DNA of 63,684 bases, filler included, from Klebsormidium nitens (lineage: Eukaryota; Plantae; Klebsormidiophyceae), in NCBI GenBank assembly GCA_000708835.1. It is 3 parts of 3 records of this genome, joined end to end, with 100 filler letters (N's around TTAATTAATTAA, not from the genome) between each part and the next. Parts side by side here need not be neighbours in the genome. Positions count along the whole stretch, not along the records: positions 31,306 to 61,510 come from DF237771.1; 2 more parts are not named here. The stretch is one strand, 5' to 3'. The notes under the pieces were generated by a model. That model was not told the origin of the DNA and made no database searches. It saw nothing but the letters and a program-made list of their open reading frames with translations. Shown one piece after another: positions 38,517 to 58,809 of the stretch; within the stretch, counting starts at the first letter, position 1, and each line of letters opens with the position of its first letter. Both the position numbers and the translations under genes were made by a program.

Positions 38517-39552
38517 CGGAGAGATCGGCCACGAGAGACCGTTGTCGCCTCTGCGGGGGCAGCAAAAGAATCAAGCGCTGAGTCTTTGACGGAACAGAGG
38601 ACTTAGCTGTGCCAGCGCCATCCTCCACAATCCTTGATCCGAACGTTTTGCCATCACGTTGAAGCCGCTCGGTATGATCGATTGCCGGATGTTGTGACTG
38701 TACGTACCATGTTCACCATTGGATTCACTTGCATGAATGCTTGAGGACTTACGCGAATGCGGAACGCTAATCTGCTTCATGGCGGCACGTACATACAGCT
38801 GCCAGCATCACGTACAACATTCTAAATCTACGCCTGCATGCATGTCACAATTTGATCGAAGATGCAGATCATCGAAGATGTAGATACACATAGCTACCTC
38901 ATTAATGAGTGGCATGTCGAACTGTATAATATACACACAAGCATATAATGATAAGCACGAATTATGATCAAATTGCAGAATTTCAGTGCACGCGTACGCG
39001 CAGCAGCGCCATATGGCCGGACTGCCCGCACGTCACATATGCATGATCGAGTGTATACACTGAGCCTGACCGGCGGCCGCAATCTGCACGGCTTAGTCCC
39101 TTGACGGTCATGTCGGGGATTAAAACCTCCGGCCTGGCTGTGTCTGCATGAATGGAGCGAGCTGTCACTTGAAACATGCATACCGTCATCGATGCACATT
39201 GCACTCTGATGACTGAGGGACAGCGGCCCGACGCCGCTCAGTGTTCGAGCTGGACGGGTTGGCACCAGCGCATCCACATACGGAGCGCGATCAAGTCAGC
39301 CTCAGTAAGTGCCTTGATCAAAGTGTTCTCACGTGTCCAAGGTCCAAAATCGAACCATGCTTTGCTCAAAAGCCTTGCTTGCCTTGACCCTATGCCATGC
39401 ACATGAGATCCCGCATCACGACCGAGCAATCTTATATCCACGGCACGTAGCCCGCACAAGGCCTACGAAGCAGGTGGCTGCACCTGCCAGCACACTTACC
39501 GTCAGAATCGAAAGAGCTACCCGGATTGACTAACAAACACTGGCCCCCTTTG

Positions 39553-46786
<7,234 letters not shown>

Positions 46787-48180
46787 TCAAGCAAGGTCCG
46801 TTCTGTACTTGAGCAGGCTTGGTATAGCCTGTTGGGGAGTGTCACTTTACATGCTCCTCATGCAAGCCAATCTAGAGTGTTCACATTAAATGCGGCACAT
46901 GCTGGGCCGCCCAAGCACCGGGAGAACGGGGGTCCTTCTAGAAAGCTGCAATTTTGCCGCAACACCGCGCCGGATGCTGCTCAATAAGGGTGCTTGCGCC
47001 GCATGGCCCTCTCAAAAGATTGTCCCAAAAGCACGGCCAGCCAGTCATCAGGAAACCTGGACACCACAGTAGCAGAATGCACGCCCGTTGCTTGAAAAAA
47101 CCAGAAAGCTGCCTCTCCTATGTTCTTGCAAACCCGCTGGAGCTTCGCTTGCCTAAAAGCTCTGCCTCATGTATGTACCGTTATGTACATTCAGAAAAGG
47201 CTCCCAGGGCCATGGTGCAACTTCAATTTCAATTTTGACTTCAAGCGCATGCCATTCTCACCACCTTTCTCAATGTCATTGTCATTGTCCAGAGCAGGTG
47301 CCGCGAGCCAGTCTAGGGTTTCGTGCTCGCTTGCTGTGACAATGCCCCCCTGCTTCAAACCAGGCTTACCTTTATCCCAAAAAGACGGTGCGATAATCAA
47401 GACTTCGTCCATCGGACGATTCTCCATCCATCATATCCAAACTACATCCTTGAAGGGGGCTCAAATGAAGAGAGGGGTCCCGCAACATTCTGAGCTTGCT
47501 TGCAGAACATTCTCAGCTTGCTTGCAGAACAGCCCCATGCATGTGGCGTAGACTCGGACCTACCGGTACCTCTTGATCCTGATCCAAGTTCAATTTGTCA
47601 TCATATTCTTGTCCTATGAGGCTCCTGCACAAGTGTGCCACGCTTGTGAGCTGCTGCACGCTCTATGCCGTTGCACGAATGGCGCTAAGAATAGCTTTGG
47701 CTGGCGCTCCGGAAGAGAATTTGCAACCTTTTATTCCAGTGGTGGAAGTTCTGCCGAAGCCCGTATAAGAGTGGATATCATCAATGCGGTCCACACTTTC
47801 CCAGACACTCCAAAATGTTTTGCATCATTGGGTGGAGTGACACAATTCCTTTCTAGTGGCATTGCTGACTAAAGCTGCAGAAAGACTTCTGGAAAGATAG
47901 ACCTTGGGCGATCACGCTACTCGATACTTGCATTTCTGCGCAAGAAGTGCAGAGAGTAGAAAGTGGACTGTTTAAAGTCTATCTAATTCCAATTATGATA
48001 TCCCACGGTCGCTGATCAAATCTGTAATCCCCCACAAAACCCTTCGCAGCTGTTCCATCCATAGGCTACGCATTGAGCACCTAACAAAGAATCCTTTAGA
48101 GGGTTTTTGGAAGTTAAGCAATGCTTATTTAGCTTAGCGGGTGCTGTTTGCATGATGCGGAAATAATTACTGGCATCTGA

Positions 48181-51164
48181 ATGGAAGTGGCGGAGCCCGC
48201 CGGTGGCATTCCAGTGGGGTGGACTTCTGGGCCGGTAGGGGGCGTTGCTGTAGGCACCAAGAAGAAGAAAAAGCAACAGGACGGGGGGCGTGAGGAGGTG
48301 GGTGGCAATGAAGGAGCCTCCTTTGAGAAAACACTTTTATCAGGGGCCCTTCCTGTTGTGTAGAGCTGACCATTGCAGTTCTAAGAAAAGTAGTGAGCCT
48401 TCAGGGGTGACCATGGATCCCTTCGTGCTATGCTTGTTAGCGGAATCTGAAAGGAAGTGGTGCTTCCATGATTGCGGCAGTTCACCGGCTTGGAGTGCTG
48501 CGACGCTCCTTCCGGGCATTCGTAGATCATTTTTCTGATTGTTCAGCTTCTGGGCAGTCTACTATCCTCCTTCTGGCTTCCCAATCAAGTACCAGTGCCC
48601 ATGGTTTGTCAACGGAAGGCCTTCAAAAGGGGGCTATCACTACCTTTGAAATTTTTATTTGGCTATCACAATAGACGCAGGCTGAGATCTAATTTGACGG
48701 AAAGTCAAGGTTCAGAAGCGTGCAAGTGCATGGCGCTGTCTGGTCGGGCTCGCCCTGCATAGACCAGACCGGTGAGCAACTGTACTCTTGGACCGATATC
48801 AGATGCCATGATAACCTCTTCGAAGTTAGCTTATTTCTGCCGCATGTTTTCCCAGGGCCACCACCTACCCCAGAAGCGCGTTAAGGACGTCGAACTGGTG
48901 GTGCCCATAGCTTATGGCACCATATCCTTCTGGCTGGGAAAGAGGGCGACGGAGACGAAGGCCTACCAGTGGGCCGTGTACGTTCGAGCTGCCAACAATG
49001 AGGACCTGTCTGCGGTGATCAAGAAAGTGGTGTTCAGCTTGCATCCCAGTTTCGAGAATCCAACGCGAGGTGAGGATTTTCCTTTCATGAATGTCCTTCT
49101 CGACAAGTAGAAGTGCATGAGTCAGCATTCATCAGCGTTTAAAGTACAAGCGTGGACTTTGTAGACATTAGTCACGTCTACTTTATTGCTTTCTGGTGCG
49201 GGAGAACAGAGCATTGGACTTGACTCTTCGGAACGTGAACTTGCAAGTGGTAGAAACGGGAATATTTCCCCCCTAACGGTCTCCTTGGCTCTGGATGACT
49301 GGCAATTGCTTCTTTCTACAAAATAGTGCGAGCTCGCCGTCCCCTTCCCCTTCTCAGTGCTTGCCAAAGCACTGTGATCCATGCGTCAACCCGAAGCAAG
49401 CCGTATGCCGTCTTCCTTGATCTTCCAGGGGTCACCCTTTTGCTGCGGTGCCTCGCCATCCGTTTCGTTCAAGCATTTGCCCCACCACATCTTTTGCAGC
49501 ATGGCAGACCCCGGCCATTTGACCAGCTGTCTTTACTCCCAGAAGAGCTTTCTATTCGACACGTTGTCTGAAAAACATTTTCTGTGGCAGTCGTCGACAA
49601 GTCCCCGTTCGAGCTGTCGGAGTGCGGGTGGGGCGAGTTCGAAATCACGCTCACGATCCACTTTCACAGCGACGCAACCGACCGACCAGCGGAACTGACA
49701 CACCATCTCAAGCTGTACCCGGAAGCGGAGGCGGCTCCCAATCCGAAGCGACCGGTAATTGCCGTAAAGTTTTGACCGCTCTTGCACGTTCATACAAGCG
49801 TCCAGAAGGCTTATGACCCTCTTCCCGCTGTCACGACCACTTCTGCAATTTGCGAAACGGGCGTTCACACCCATTGGCTCGCGATTCCATTCCGGAGGCG
49901 AACGTCCTGATTTGGTGTCTGGTTTGGATCCTGGCGGCCTTGCATTGGGCAAAACGTTGTTGGGCTATTAGGCAGCGGAAGGAAACTATGGACTCTGAGA
50001 TCAGACTGAGCCTCTATGTGTCCATGCCAAAAGCCGTTGCAGCTGCTGACGTGGATCGTCTCCACCCATTGATTGAGCGCCACAGTCTATCGTGTTGGAC
50101 GAGAAACGCTGCTTGCCGCCAGCCCGACCCGCCCACACGCTCGAGGCTAATTGCAACGGAAGAGTGTGGCGTTCCTTCTGGTTATAATGTTTTGAAGCAG
50201 GCTCGGAAAGTCGAAGGTACTGAGATACTTGACTAAGTTCGTACTCACCATTATGTTTCCACCTTCAGAGTCGATCCGAAACTTCTTTGCAGGTTGTTTC
50301 CGAGCACTACGACGAGGTTGTCTTCCCGGACCCGGGGGAGGCCTTCTTCGAGCGGGTCAAAGACAGCCCCGCCGTAACCGTCTCGGTAACCGGCGACGGC
50401 GCGCCCCCCTCCGCCATCGAAGCAGCCACGCGGCCGCAGATCGAGCGGGCGGGCACGCCTCCGGTTCCGGACGCTTGCCCAGCGGACGGAACTCTGGCCA
50501 TGGTAGCGGGAAAGGGGGACGGCAGCACGCTGAACCATCCGCTCCGGCCTTTCTGTGAGGATACACTCTTTCTTGCACCTGGTTTGGATTCGTTCCGTTC
50601 GTATAATTGTTGACCGTTCATGCGAGTCGGAAGAGTGTGGGTTGTGTCCTTCGTTTTTGAGACGAGGGTTTGCTGCAAGTCCTTCAGACCGTTGAAGGGG
50701 GCGAAGGGGTTCGAGTCTTCTGAAGAAATGCTCGTATGCAAACCAACCAATCTGTAGACTGGCAACGGACTCCGGGTTCTCTGCACCTGGCGGGCCGAAA
50801 AGAAGACTGTTCATAAACCGCACGTATGTGCGTATGGTTTTCGAGTGTGGTTTTGAATCTTCCGCCTTTTCATGAGTTCCGTTTGCCTTAACCTGTCTTC
50901 GGTATGTTGGAGTTGAGGGCTTGCGCAGAAAGCAGTACAGCAGTAGTGAGTCCGACAACCTTGCTTATACGGAGACTGACTAAGGCCAGCGTCGCATGCT
51001 CTGCAGATCTGAAGCACTCAGATGCGAGCGAGCTTCGAAAGCTAGCCGAGGCAAAGGAGCAAGTCGCGGCTCGAATGGAAAAGTTGGAGAACGCTGTTGT
51101 CGCAGTCGAAGAGGAGATTGCTCAGCTGCGAAGCCAGCTGGTTGACGGTCCTGTGTCGGTGTAA
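48181..51164 (+). CDS. YAF9: YEATS-domain protein (YAF9/GAS41/TAF14 family), about 5 exons
   Basis: Probable exons 48181-48297 (tentative), 48856-49069, 49591-49754, 50293-50554, 51007-51164. Motifs [65 protein letters not shown]-terminal coiled coil. Confidence 0.9.
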
Positions 51165-52786
51165 TAGTCTGCATCGAAGGAGGTTCTGTGGAGCCAGACG
51201 GTGTATGCTTCAGTCCAAAAGTCGGTAGCTCTTGAATTTCGAAAAGCACAACATTGAACTGCCATTGGGGGACGTCTACTTCTCATGGTCTGAGGCGATT
51301 CTCACCCAAGAGAGAGTCGCACATGAGCAGATCATGTTGGGCTCAGGAATATGCAGGACAACTCAGACGGTTGCAATCTGAGAAGTTCGACCTGCCATGA
51401 TTTGGTCAGTGGATACAGAACACGAATGCAACTGGCACCCTCGTGCATTCGAGATGCATTTAGCAGTGAGAATGGCCGTGCGGGGCGCTCGTCATGTATT
51501 TTTACCGGATGCAGGACTGTTTACATTGTGCCTATCATGTCGGAAGATGACAAGGAAATGCGTACTTGTAGGTATACTAGCATGCCTCACTGCTTGGAGA
51601 ATATATACGCGTACATGAGCTAGTACGTTGCATGTACCATCACTTACCTATACTTGATCGTATGACAAGAATTGCTCGGTAGTGCGTTCTATGCATCGGC
51701 ATAACGAGCAATCCCCTCCACATCCCCTCTTGCAGCACAAACCAGCTGGAGGTTCGCGTATAGAGGGTATATAGAAGCATTGCGCACCAACTTTGAATAC
51801 GGGAAAGATGCAGTTCACAGCACTTGCAATTCTGGCATCATTAAGTTAAGTTCAGCCCGTCGGGCAAACGAGCGCGGGCGGCCGGCGCGCCTGAGTAGGG
51901 ACGTCTAAGGAATTCTGATCGAACGGTGCCCAGCACGATTGCGACATACCGTAACCAAGATGTAGGTACCTATCCTACCATGCTGCACGCCGCACGGTAC
52001 GTACCGGAAAGCCCGGAATCTTAGGGACTCGTCTCTAGCCGGTGCTTACCGGATGCAAACGGTACCTTGAGGTACCTACCGCTGTGTCAGACATTCAAAT
52101 TGAACGATTTAGATGCAGCTCTTGACATCCAACTTCATGTTTTCAACGGCTTCAGACCTTGAATCGGCGCATTGCTCAATGCTTGCGCGGTCCACGTCAC
52201 ACGAGTAAGCCGTACCGGTACGGAGCTTGATGTGCTGTACAGCTTGCATGCACAATTTGTCGAGTCGCAGCTTGCAAGCCGGACAGATGGCACCCTCCAC
52301 GTGCGCAAGCCTGAGCAGAGCAAGCAGGAGAAGGGCTTTGGCATTTATGAGCAGGAGAGGCTTTGCATGGCCGCCGTTTCTGTGAGGGAGGAGGCAAAGT
52401 GTGGACCATGGTGCTCCAGGCTGGGCCGTTGCTCTGACAACTCTCACAGAAGGCCCGCGGCTCTAGCTGACCTTCTCTTCCAAGCTTTTGAAGCTCTGTG
52501 CTCCCCTCTCTTTGTGGAACCATGATGCAGGAAGAAGCTGAACAAGGACTTGCTGAAGCTTGCAAGCTGGATTGACCAGCTCCTGTGTCTGGTAAAGGTT
52601 GTAGCTTGTGGTGATCAAGAAAAGACCCCAGGATTACCTTCTGTAGATCCAAGGAAGCAAGGCATTTTCTGCGTAATGCAAGGAACGGGAGGTTTAGAGC
52701 GCAGGTCAATGTCTTGAGGACAGCTGCATTGTGGCTGCCTCAAGAGCCGGACCTTACCTCAGTGGAGGATAGCTCTGCCTCAGGCC

Positions 52787-55700
52787 ATGCTCGCGAGTCT
52801 GCACGGGTCACCGCAGCAGTCTCAGGGATGGGATGCATTCCATCCCGGCACCCTTAACCTCTCCTTTCCCTATGGTCACATCGAGCCTCTGAAGCAATGG
52901 CAGCCAAAGGCTTACGCAAAAAGATTGGAGGATGTGAAGCCTGACAAGAAAAAGGGAGCCAGCAGAATGCAGGTCAAGCGCGAGGCACAGAAGGCCATGC
53001 TGGCCAGGTGCAAATCGAACAACTCTGCAGGCCAGTCCTTCGCAATGCTGCCGCCCCCTTACGCTCCCCTGGGGTTTGTCGGCAGTTCCACAGGGGACGG
53101 GGCCCAATGTGACTCCTTGAAGCGCAAGTATGATCAGGCTTTGCCAGCATTGGATGAGCAGCTCTCAAGCAAGCGCTCCCTAGTGGAGAGCGCGTGGCCA
53201 GTGGAGTTAGCAGGCTTCGCTGCGGGTCAGAGCGTGTGGCGGTTGCGGGGTGGAGGGCAGGCAGCGCAGGATGAGGCCTCAGAGGATCCCCCTGCAGAGG
53301 GGGGGACCCAGAATCAGGCGGAAGCTGAGGGGAGCCAGCAGGCAGGCCAGCGGGTAGACGCATTGATCTCTGAGGTTGCAAGTATGATGGAGAGTGCACA
53401 GAGGGGGGGACAAGCAAGTGAGGTTATGCTCCGCCTCAACAGGTTGGAAAGCATCCCCTCTCTCCCGCGGTTCAACAGTCTAGAGCTGGCAGACGAGATG
53501 TTTGCAGACATCCTCAAGTGGGATCTTCCCAAGGGAGAAGAGCGTACAGTGGAGGTGAAGGAGGGGGAGGTTGGGAGGACAAGGGGGGGCGGAGTGGAGA
53601 GCGACGATGCGCAGGTGGAGGAGTTTCTGAAGTCCCTGGACCCCGCTTTGGCAAACCGGGAGCCGGTCGCGATCCAGGATCAGTTGCAGAAGTCGGCTGC
53701 GGAGGGAAAAGATGGGGCCGAGGGGAAGCAGCGCGCGGGGGCGAGGCCTGTATCCGTGCGGGGGGGTGCGAAAGATTTAGGCGATGCTGGAGAGAACAAG
53801 TCGGAGGGTACAGCGTCGGAGCAGGCTTCGCAAGATCAGGCTGCAGCGGGGGAAGGGTTGAAACACTCTGGCAGCGGCGAAGCCGCTCAGCCATCAAAGC
53901 TGCAGAGCGCAGAGGCAGTCCCTGGGAAGCAGTCCGGTGGAAAGCCCGAGGTGCAGCCCAAGCAGGGCCCTGCCATCTCACAAAAGCCGATGGTGCGGTC
54001 CCCAAGGGCGGGAGAGGAGAAACCTAGGCAGCTAGTGCGTCCCAGTCTGGACATCCTTGCGCAGGCGTCCGCCAGTTTCGGTCCCACGAGCCCTGTAGCC
54101 AGCAAGGACAGCCTGGAGTCCCCAGAGTCACCGATCCTGAGCAGCCTGGGGGGGGGGCCGCGGCGCCCCAAGCTCACCCCCCCGCAGCAGGAGAAGTTGC
54201 GGGGGTTTGCAGCCAAGGTGCACTGGAATTGGGGGGCGGCGGAGGGGACTGGCGAGGCGCGCCAGCTGTGTGCTGAGTTGGGGATTGACATGAGGCAGAT
54301 GAAGCGTTGGGTGGAAAGTCACCGACCCAAGGACGTTGCGCCGCCGCCTCCTCAGGCGGTGCCGTTCATGGGGTGGGGGGTGCCACCAGGGGTGGGGATG
54401 ATGAATCCAGCCTACATGTCCTATATGGCAGGAAGCCCGATGGCTTTTCCGGGGGCGTGGCCTGGCATGCCCCGCCCCCCCCTGGGGGATGGGTCGTGGG
54501 GAGGGGGGCCACCCATGGGCCCCATGGGCCAGCCGTTCAACCCCACAATGCAGGCGCCGTTTACTCAGCCGTTGCTTGGGCCCAGTTTCCCGGGACCGCC
54601 GTTCTTGCCGGGGGGTTTTGCCAGCACAGGGTTTGGTGGGGGAGCGCCAGGGGGGCCTCTGAGCGCCCCAGCGGCCACCCCCCTGAATGTGGATGAGAAT
54701 CAAGAGTTGGTGGCATCAGCTGAGGCGCTGGGGAAGCTGTTGGGCGACCGGGTGAACACCATCCCCCCTGAAAAGTTGAAGGAGATCCTGGCGGCCTGGA
54801 TGGCGCACAAGCGCAACAAGCGCGAGCAGGAAACAGTCCCGGCAGCCCGGGAGGCGCCACTTTCCGGCGCGGGGGGGACCAAGCGCAAGGAGCCCGAGCC
54901 CCTAGCGCACCCCCCTGCCGATGAGCCGTCGGAGGGTAGCCTGTTGCAGTTTTCGATCCCGTCACTTGAGCGGGGGCTCTCCAACGCGCCCTCGATCTCG
55001 ACCCTGCTAGCTGAGGAACTAGCGTCGGCAGCTGCGGAGGACGGGGGGCTTGGCAAAGATGGCGATGGAGCCCCGGGGGGGGCGTTTAAGGGGCAGGGGG
55101 CGAGCCGGGATCCCTCGCTGAGCGTGCTCTTGCAGGAGATTGGGGGGGCGATGGAAGAAGCACCGAAGCGGACGATGGGACCGCTCGAGAGGCAGGTGTT
55201 TGGCGTGGACGAGGACAATATGCAGATGGGGCCAGCGCCGGAGTCAGGTGAAGTTCCTGTGAAGTTGTGGGCTTAAGCTGTTGCGTGTGATTGGTTAATT
55301 TGGTGATGTGGCATAGTCTGCTCTGATTGCTGCAGCTTCATCTCTCCAGCAGGCCGCGCTTTTGCCTCCTGCAAAGTAGCTGCAACTTAGAAGGGTTGTT
55401 GATTGCCAATTAGATCGAAGGTCTGGCAAAACATTGCACAGCCAGCACTTTGTTAAGGCAAACCTTGTAGACAGGAGGTCTTGGAGGTCTTCGGTATCCA
55501 TTCTCTTCATTCCTCTTCCTCTTCAATCAGGCATGGAACCGCCAGGATGTGTGCCCGTGCTTCAAGGTTTTGAAGTGTCGTACTTTTTTCATTGGTGTTC
55601 CTTGGGAACACCAAAGTCTGCTGTATGATCCTTGACTGCTGAGAATTGACATCCAAACCTTGACCTTTGTGCAGGCGATGACGAATCCGCATCCTCTTCC

Positions 55701-58700
55701 GACGAACCCTCCGAGCGGCGGCCCGGGTTGCGCCCCCGGTCAAAGCGGCGCCGGTTTGCCGAGTCTTCCGCTGAGGAGGAAGAAGAGGAGCCGGAGGAGC
55801 CGCAGTCGGAGGAAAACGAAGAACCGGGGGTGGATGAAGAAGTGTTTCCCCATGATCCGGAGGGACGCGCAGAGGGGGGCCAGTGGCAGCTTGGTACAGG
55901 GCTTGAGGATCGGAGGCTGCCCCCCCCGCTAGGTTATCAGGGCCACGTGGGACAGGTGGGTCTCGAGACTGGTTGAAGTAGATGGTGGTAGGGCATCAAA
56001 CGATCCACGCCGTTCTGGATGGTATGATGAGGAGCTTGTGTGATCAGAATGGCTCTGTGCTACCTGGCAAGAACGACGCTCTTGTCATTGAGACAAGGCT
56101 TGGGGAGATAGAGAGGAGTTGTGCGGGTCTCATTCTTTGACCTTTTGTGGACTTGCAGACGGGGATACGGGCTGTCCTTTTTGAGAAGGCGCTGACGGCC
56201 AGTGACACGAGCCACCTCGGTCGGTGGGTGCTCCCCAAGGTAAGGACGTAGACTCGATTCTACATTGTCTCTTTGCATTCTACACAGTCAAATTTTACAC
56301 AGTCGATCTTTCTTCGAGTCGTGCGGGCACAGGAACTTGTCTTTGATGGAGTCAATGGCTTCGAAGCCAGCGCCTGCATCTGTTGACGTGTTTACCGACC
56401 AAAAAGTCGAGGGAGGTGCATATATACTAGATTCGATTCTACCTTTGATTGCTTCTGAGATCTCTTTGCAGCTTGTCCCCCCTAGCACAGAGTGTCCGCC
56501 TTTTCTGCAAACCGTGGACGAACCAACGAGCATCAGCAAAGAATCTCATTGGGTACTTGTCCCTGCAGCTGGCTGCTGAGCGCTACATGCCGTACATGGA
56601 ACACAGGGACGGGACGTTCATGCTGGTGGAGGATAGCAAGGGCGGCCGCTGGTGCTGCAAGTACAGGTGAGCCGTGCCGAGGTCCCAGTACTCTGTAGGG
56701 CTGGGCTGTTTGATATTGGCAGAAGGGTTTGCTTGACTGTGTGTTTCCTTCGTTTGGTCATCCCTGAAGCGTCTAGTGGGTCTGCTACGGAGAGATCAAA
56801 CGCTCATCATTGATCAACGGATTTCTTGCAGGTGGTGGCCAAACAACAAGAGCAAGATGTATGTCCTCGAGCAAACGGGTGAGGTGCACTTCCGTTTCGG
56901 TTTTTCTGAGTTCCAGGACTCTGTGACTCATTTCGAGGAAACCAAGCTGCTCAGGTGCTTGGGTTTTGGAAGCGAGACGGTGAGGATTTTGTAGAAGATG
57001 TGCTCCGTGCGTATAGCGTATTCCTGTTCTCAGATGACTTTTGTGCCAAGTTGATGCCATAGGCTGCGATAGATTGACTGCCGTTATCTGCAGGCGAATC
57101 CGGGTGGTCGCATATGCAGAACCTTGCTCAGCTTTTGAAAGCTGTCCTGATTCGCGTCCTCATTTTGTGCAGGCGACATTGTGAAGCATTTCAAGTTGCA
57201 CCCGGGCGACACCATCCACTTCTGCCAGTCTGTAGAAGGCCACCTGGTGAGCGATTGTGTCGACAGTGGCTCAGCGATTGTGTCAATACTGGCTCAGTCT
57301 GCGCATCTGTGGCGAACGCCTCCGCAAAATTGACCTTTTATCCTTGTACTTGTGTGGCTGCTCATCGGGCAATGGGCCCCCTTGTCATAGTCTCCGCAGT
57401 TTCGCCTGCCTCCTCGTTAAGTCTCCGCTTCCTGCCGCAGATGATATACGAGCAGAAGAAGAACAGCAAGCAAAGGCCCCCCGTCGCCAGCGCGGCGTCC
57501 CCTGCGCCCCTCCCCAAGCGCTACGCCAAGCGTGTGCCCATCGAGCCAAAACCCTCCCCCAAGGGTTCCCGTAAGCAGCTGAAGGCCCCCAAAGCGCCCC
57601 GTTCCCCGCCGCCCCCAAAAGCGGCGTACAAGCTCCCGAGCCCCTTCGCTCGGGTCTCAACGCGAGGCCGCACGATTCGCCCCTCGAGCCGCCTCCGCCG
57701 AGGGGGGGACGGGAACCCCGAGAACGGCTCCCCCGCTTTGGTTTATAACGCATCTGCCGGACAGGGCCTTGCGGGGCGGCTTGTTTCGCACGAGTGGCGC
57801 GGGTCGGCGATGCTCTCACCAGGGGGGTCCGGGAATGCGGCTTCGGACACCCCCGAAGTGGGCGTCGACCCGTGGGGCGCCGACGAGCTGCTCGGCCGGG
57901 GGGAGGGCACCGCCCAGATCAACGAGCTGGCCCGCCACTTTTTGCAGCAGACGAACCCCGGGGGAGCCGGTCGGGGGGGTCTCTCCGCAGGCGTTCCACG
58001 CCCCCTGGCGCGGACTGGCTCGGCAGATTTGGCGAACGAGATTTTGGCGCTGACAAACAGCGGCCGGGAGGTCGGGCCGCGCGAGTTGAGCCCCCTTGGG
58101 GCGCCCTCGCGGCAGGGGAGCTTGACACCAGTCCTGCAGCGGACTAAGAGCAGCGAGAGCCTGCCGTTCTCTGTGTCAAACTTCCCGCCCATCCCGACGG
58201 GCCTCGAAAGCCTCAGCCGCAGCAGCAGTTTGAATCGAACGGCGAGCCTGGCGCGCGCGGGCAGCCTGCTGAGCCGGCTGCCGTCGGATCTGGAGGCACT
58301 GAGCAAGATGGACAACTTCCCGTCGTTCGACTTTGCGGCCACGCCGCCCTTGCCCGTGCGTACACTTCTTTTGTGTTCTGAAGCTCTTGTTCTATCTTAC
58401 TCAATTTCCTTCCAAGTGCATCGTTCAGTTTGTGCGACTCCTCGGCGGCTCTTTTTGTTCAGCTTTGGTTTGAGCTGTCGGGGGAAGGGATAGAAGCGAG
58501 AGCTTGTTTCTAGGTACTGGCAGTCGAGCGGGACCAGGCATCCAGCGGCTCTTTAGAGTTTCTCGTGTTGGCTTCAGTTTGCTTTAGCAGCCTCGAGCGA
58601 CTCAGTTTTTGCCCTCGCGTCGTATTCCTTGCAAGTCGGCCAATTGGACCAACAAGAGAAGCGCCGCTGTTCCAGTCTTGAGAGGATCGTGGTCTTCGTT

Positions 58701-58809
58701 GCAGGTCGAGTCAGCATTTCAACCATACGGGGGCACTCCCGGCCGCCAGGCGAATGCGGCCGTGGCAACCGCAGGCGATGCGGCCCAAAATCGGCGGAGA
58801 GCCGGATGA
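52787..58809 (+). CDS. Transcription factor with a ZF-HD-class homeodomain and an ABI3/LAV-class B3 domain
   Basis: Exons join in phase: 52787-55247, 55675-55955, 56159-56239, 56569-56666, 56832-56878, 57173-57246, 57441-58355, 58705-58809. Homeobox 54161-54331 (RPKLTPPQQEKLRGFAAKVHW...LCAELGIDMRQMKRWVESH). B3: LFEKALTASDTSHLGRWVLPK...[33 protein letters not shown]. The true start may lie in an upstream exon. Confidence 0.8.

Noticed and set aside
53314-55218. Many antisense and alternative-frame ORFs over GC-rich exons (also 11872-12984, 57385-58342, 61563-62681)
   Set aside because: Shadow ORFs of high-GC coding sequence with no domain motifs.
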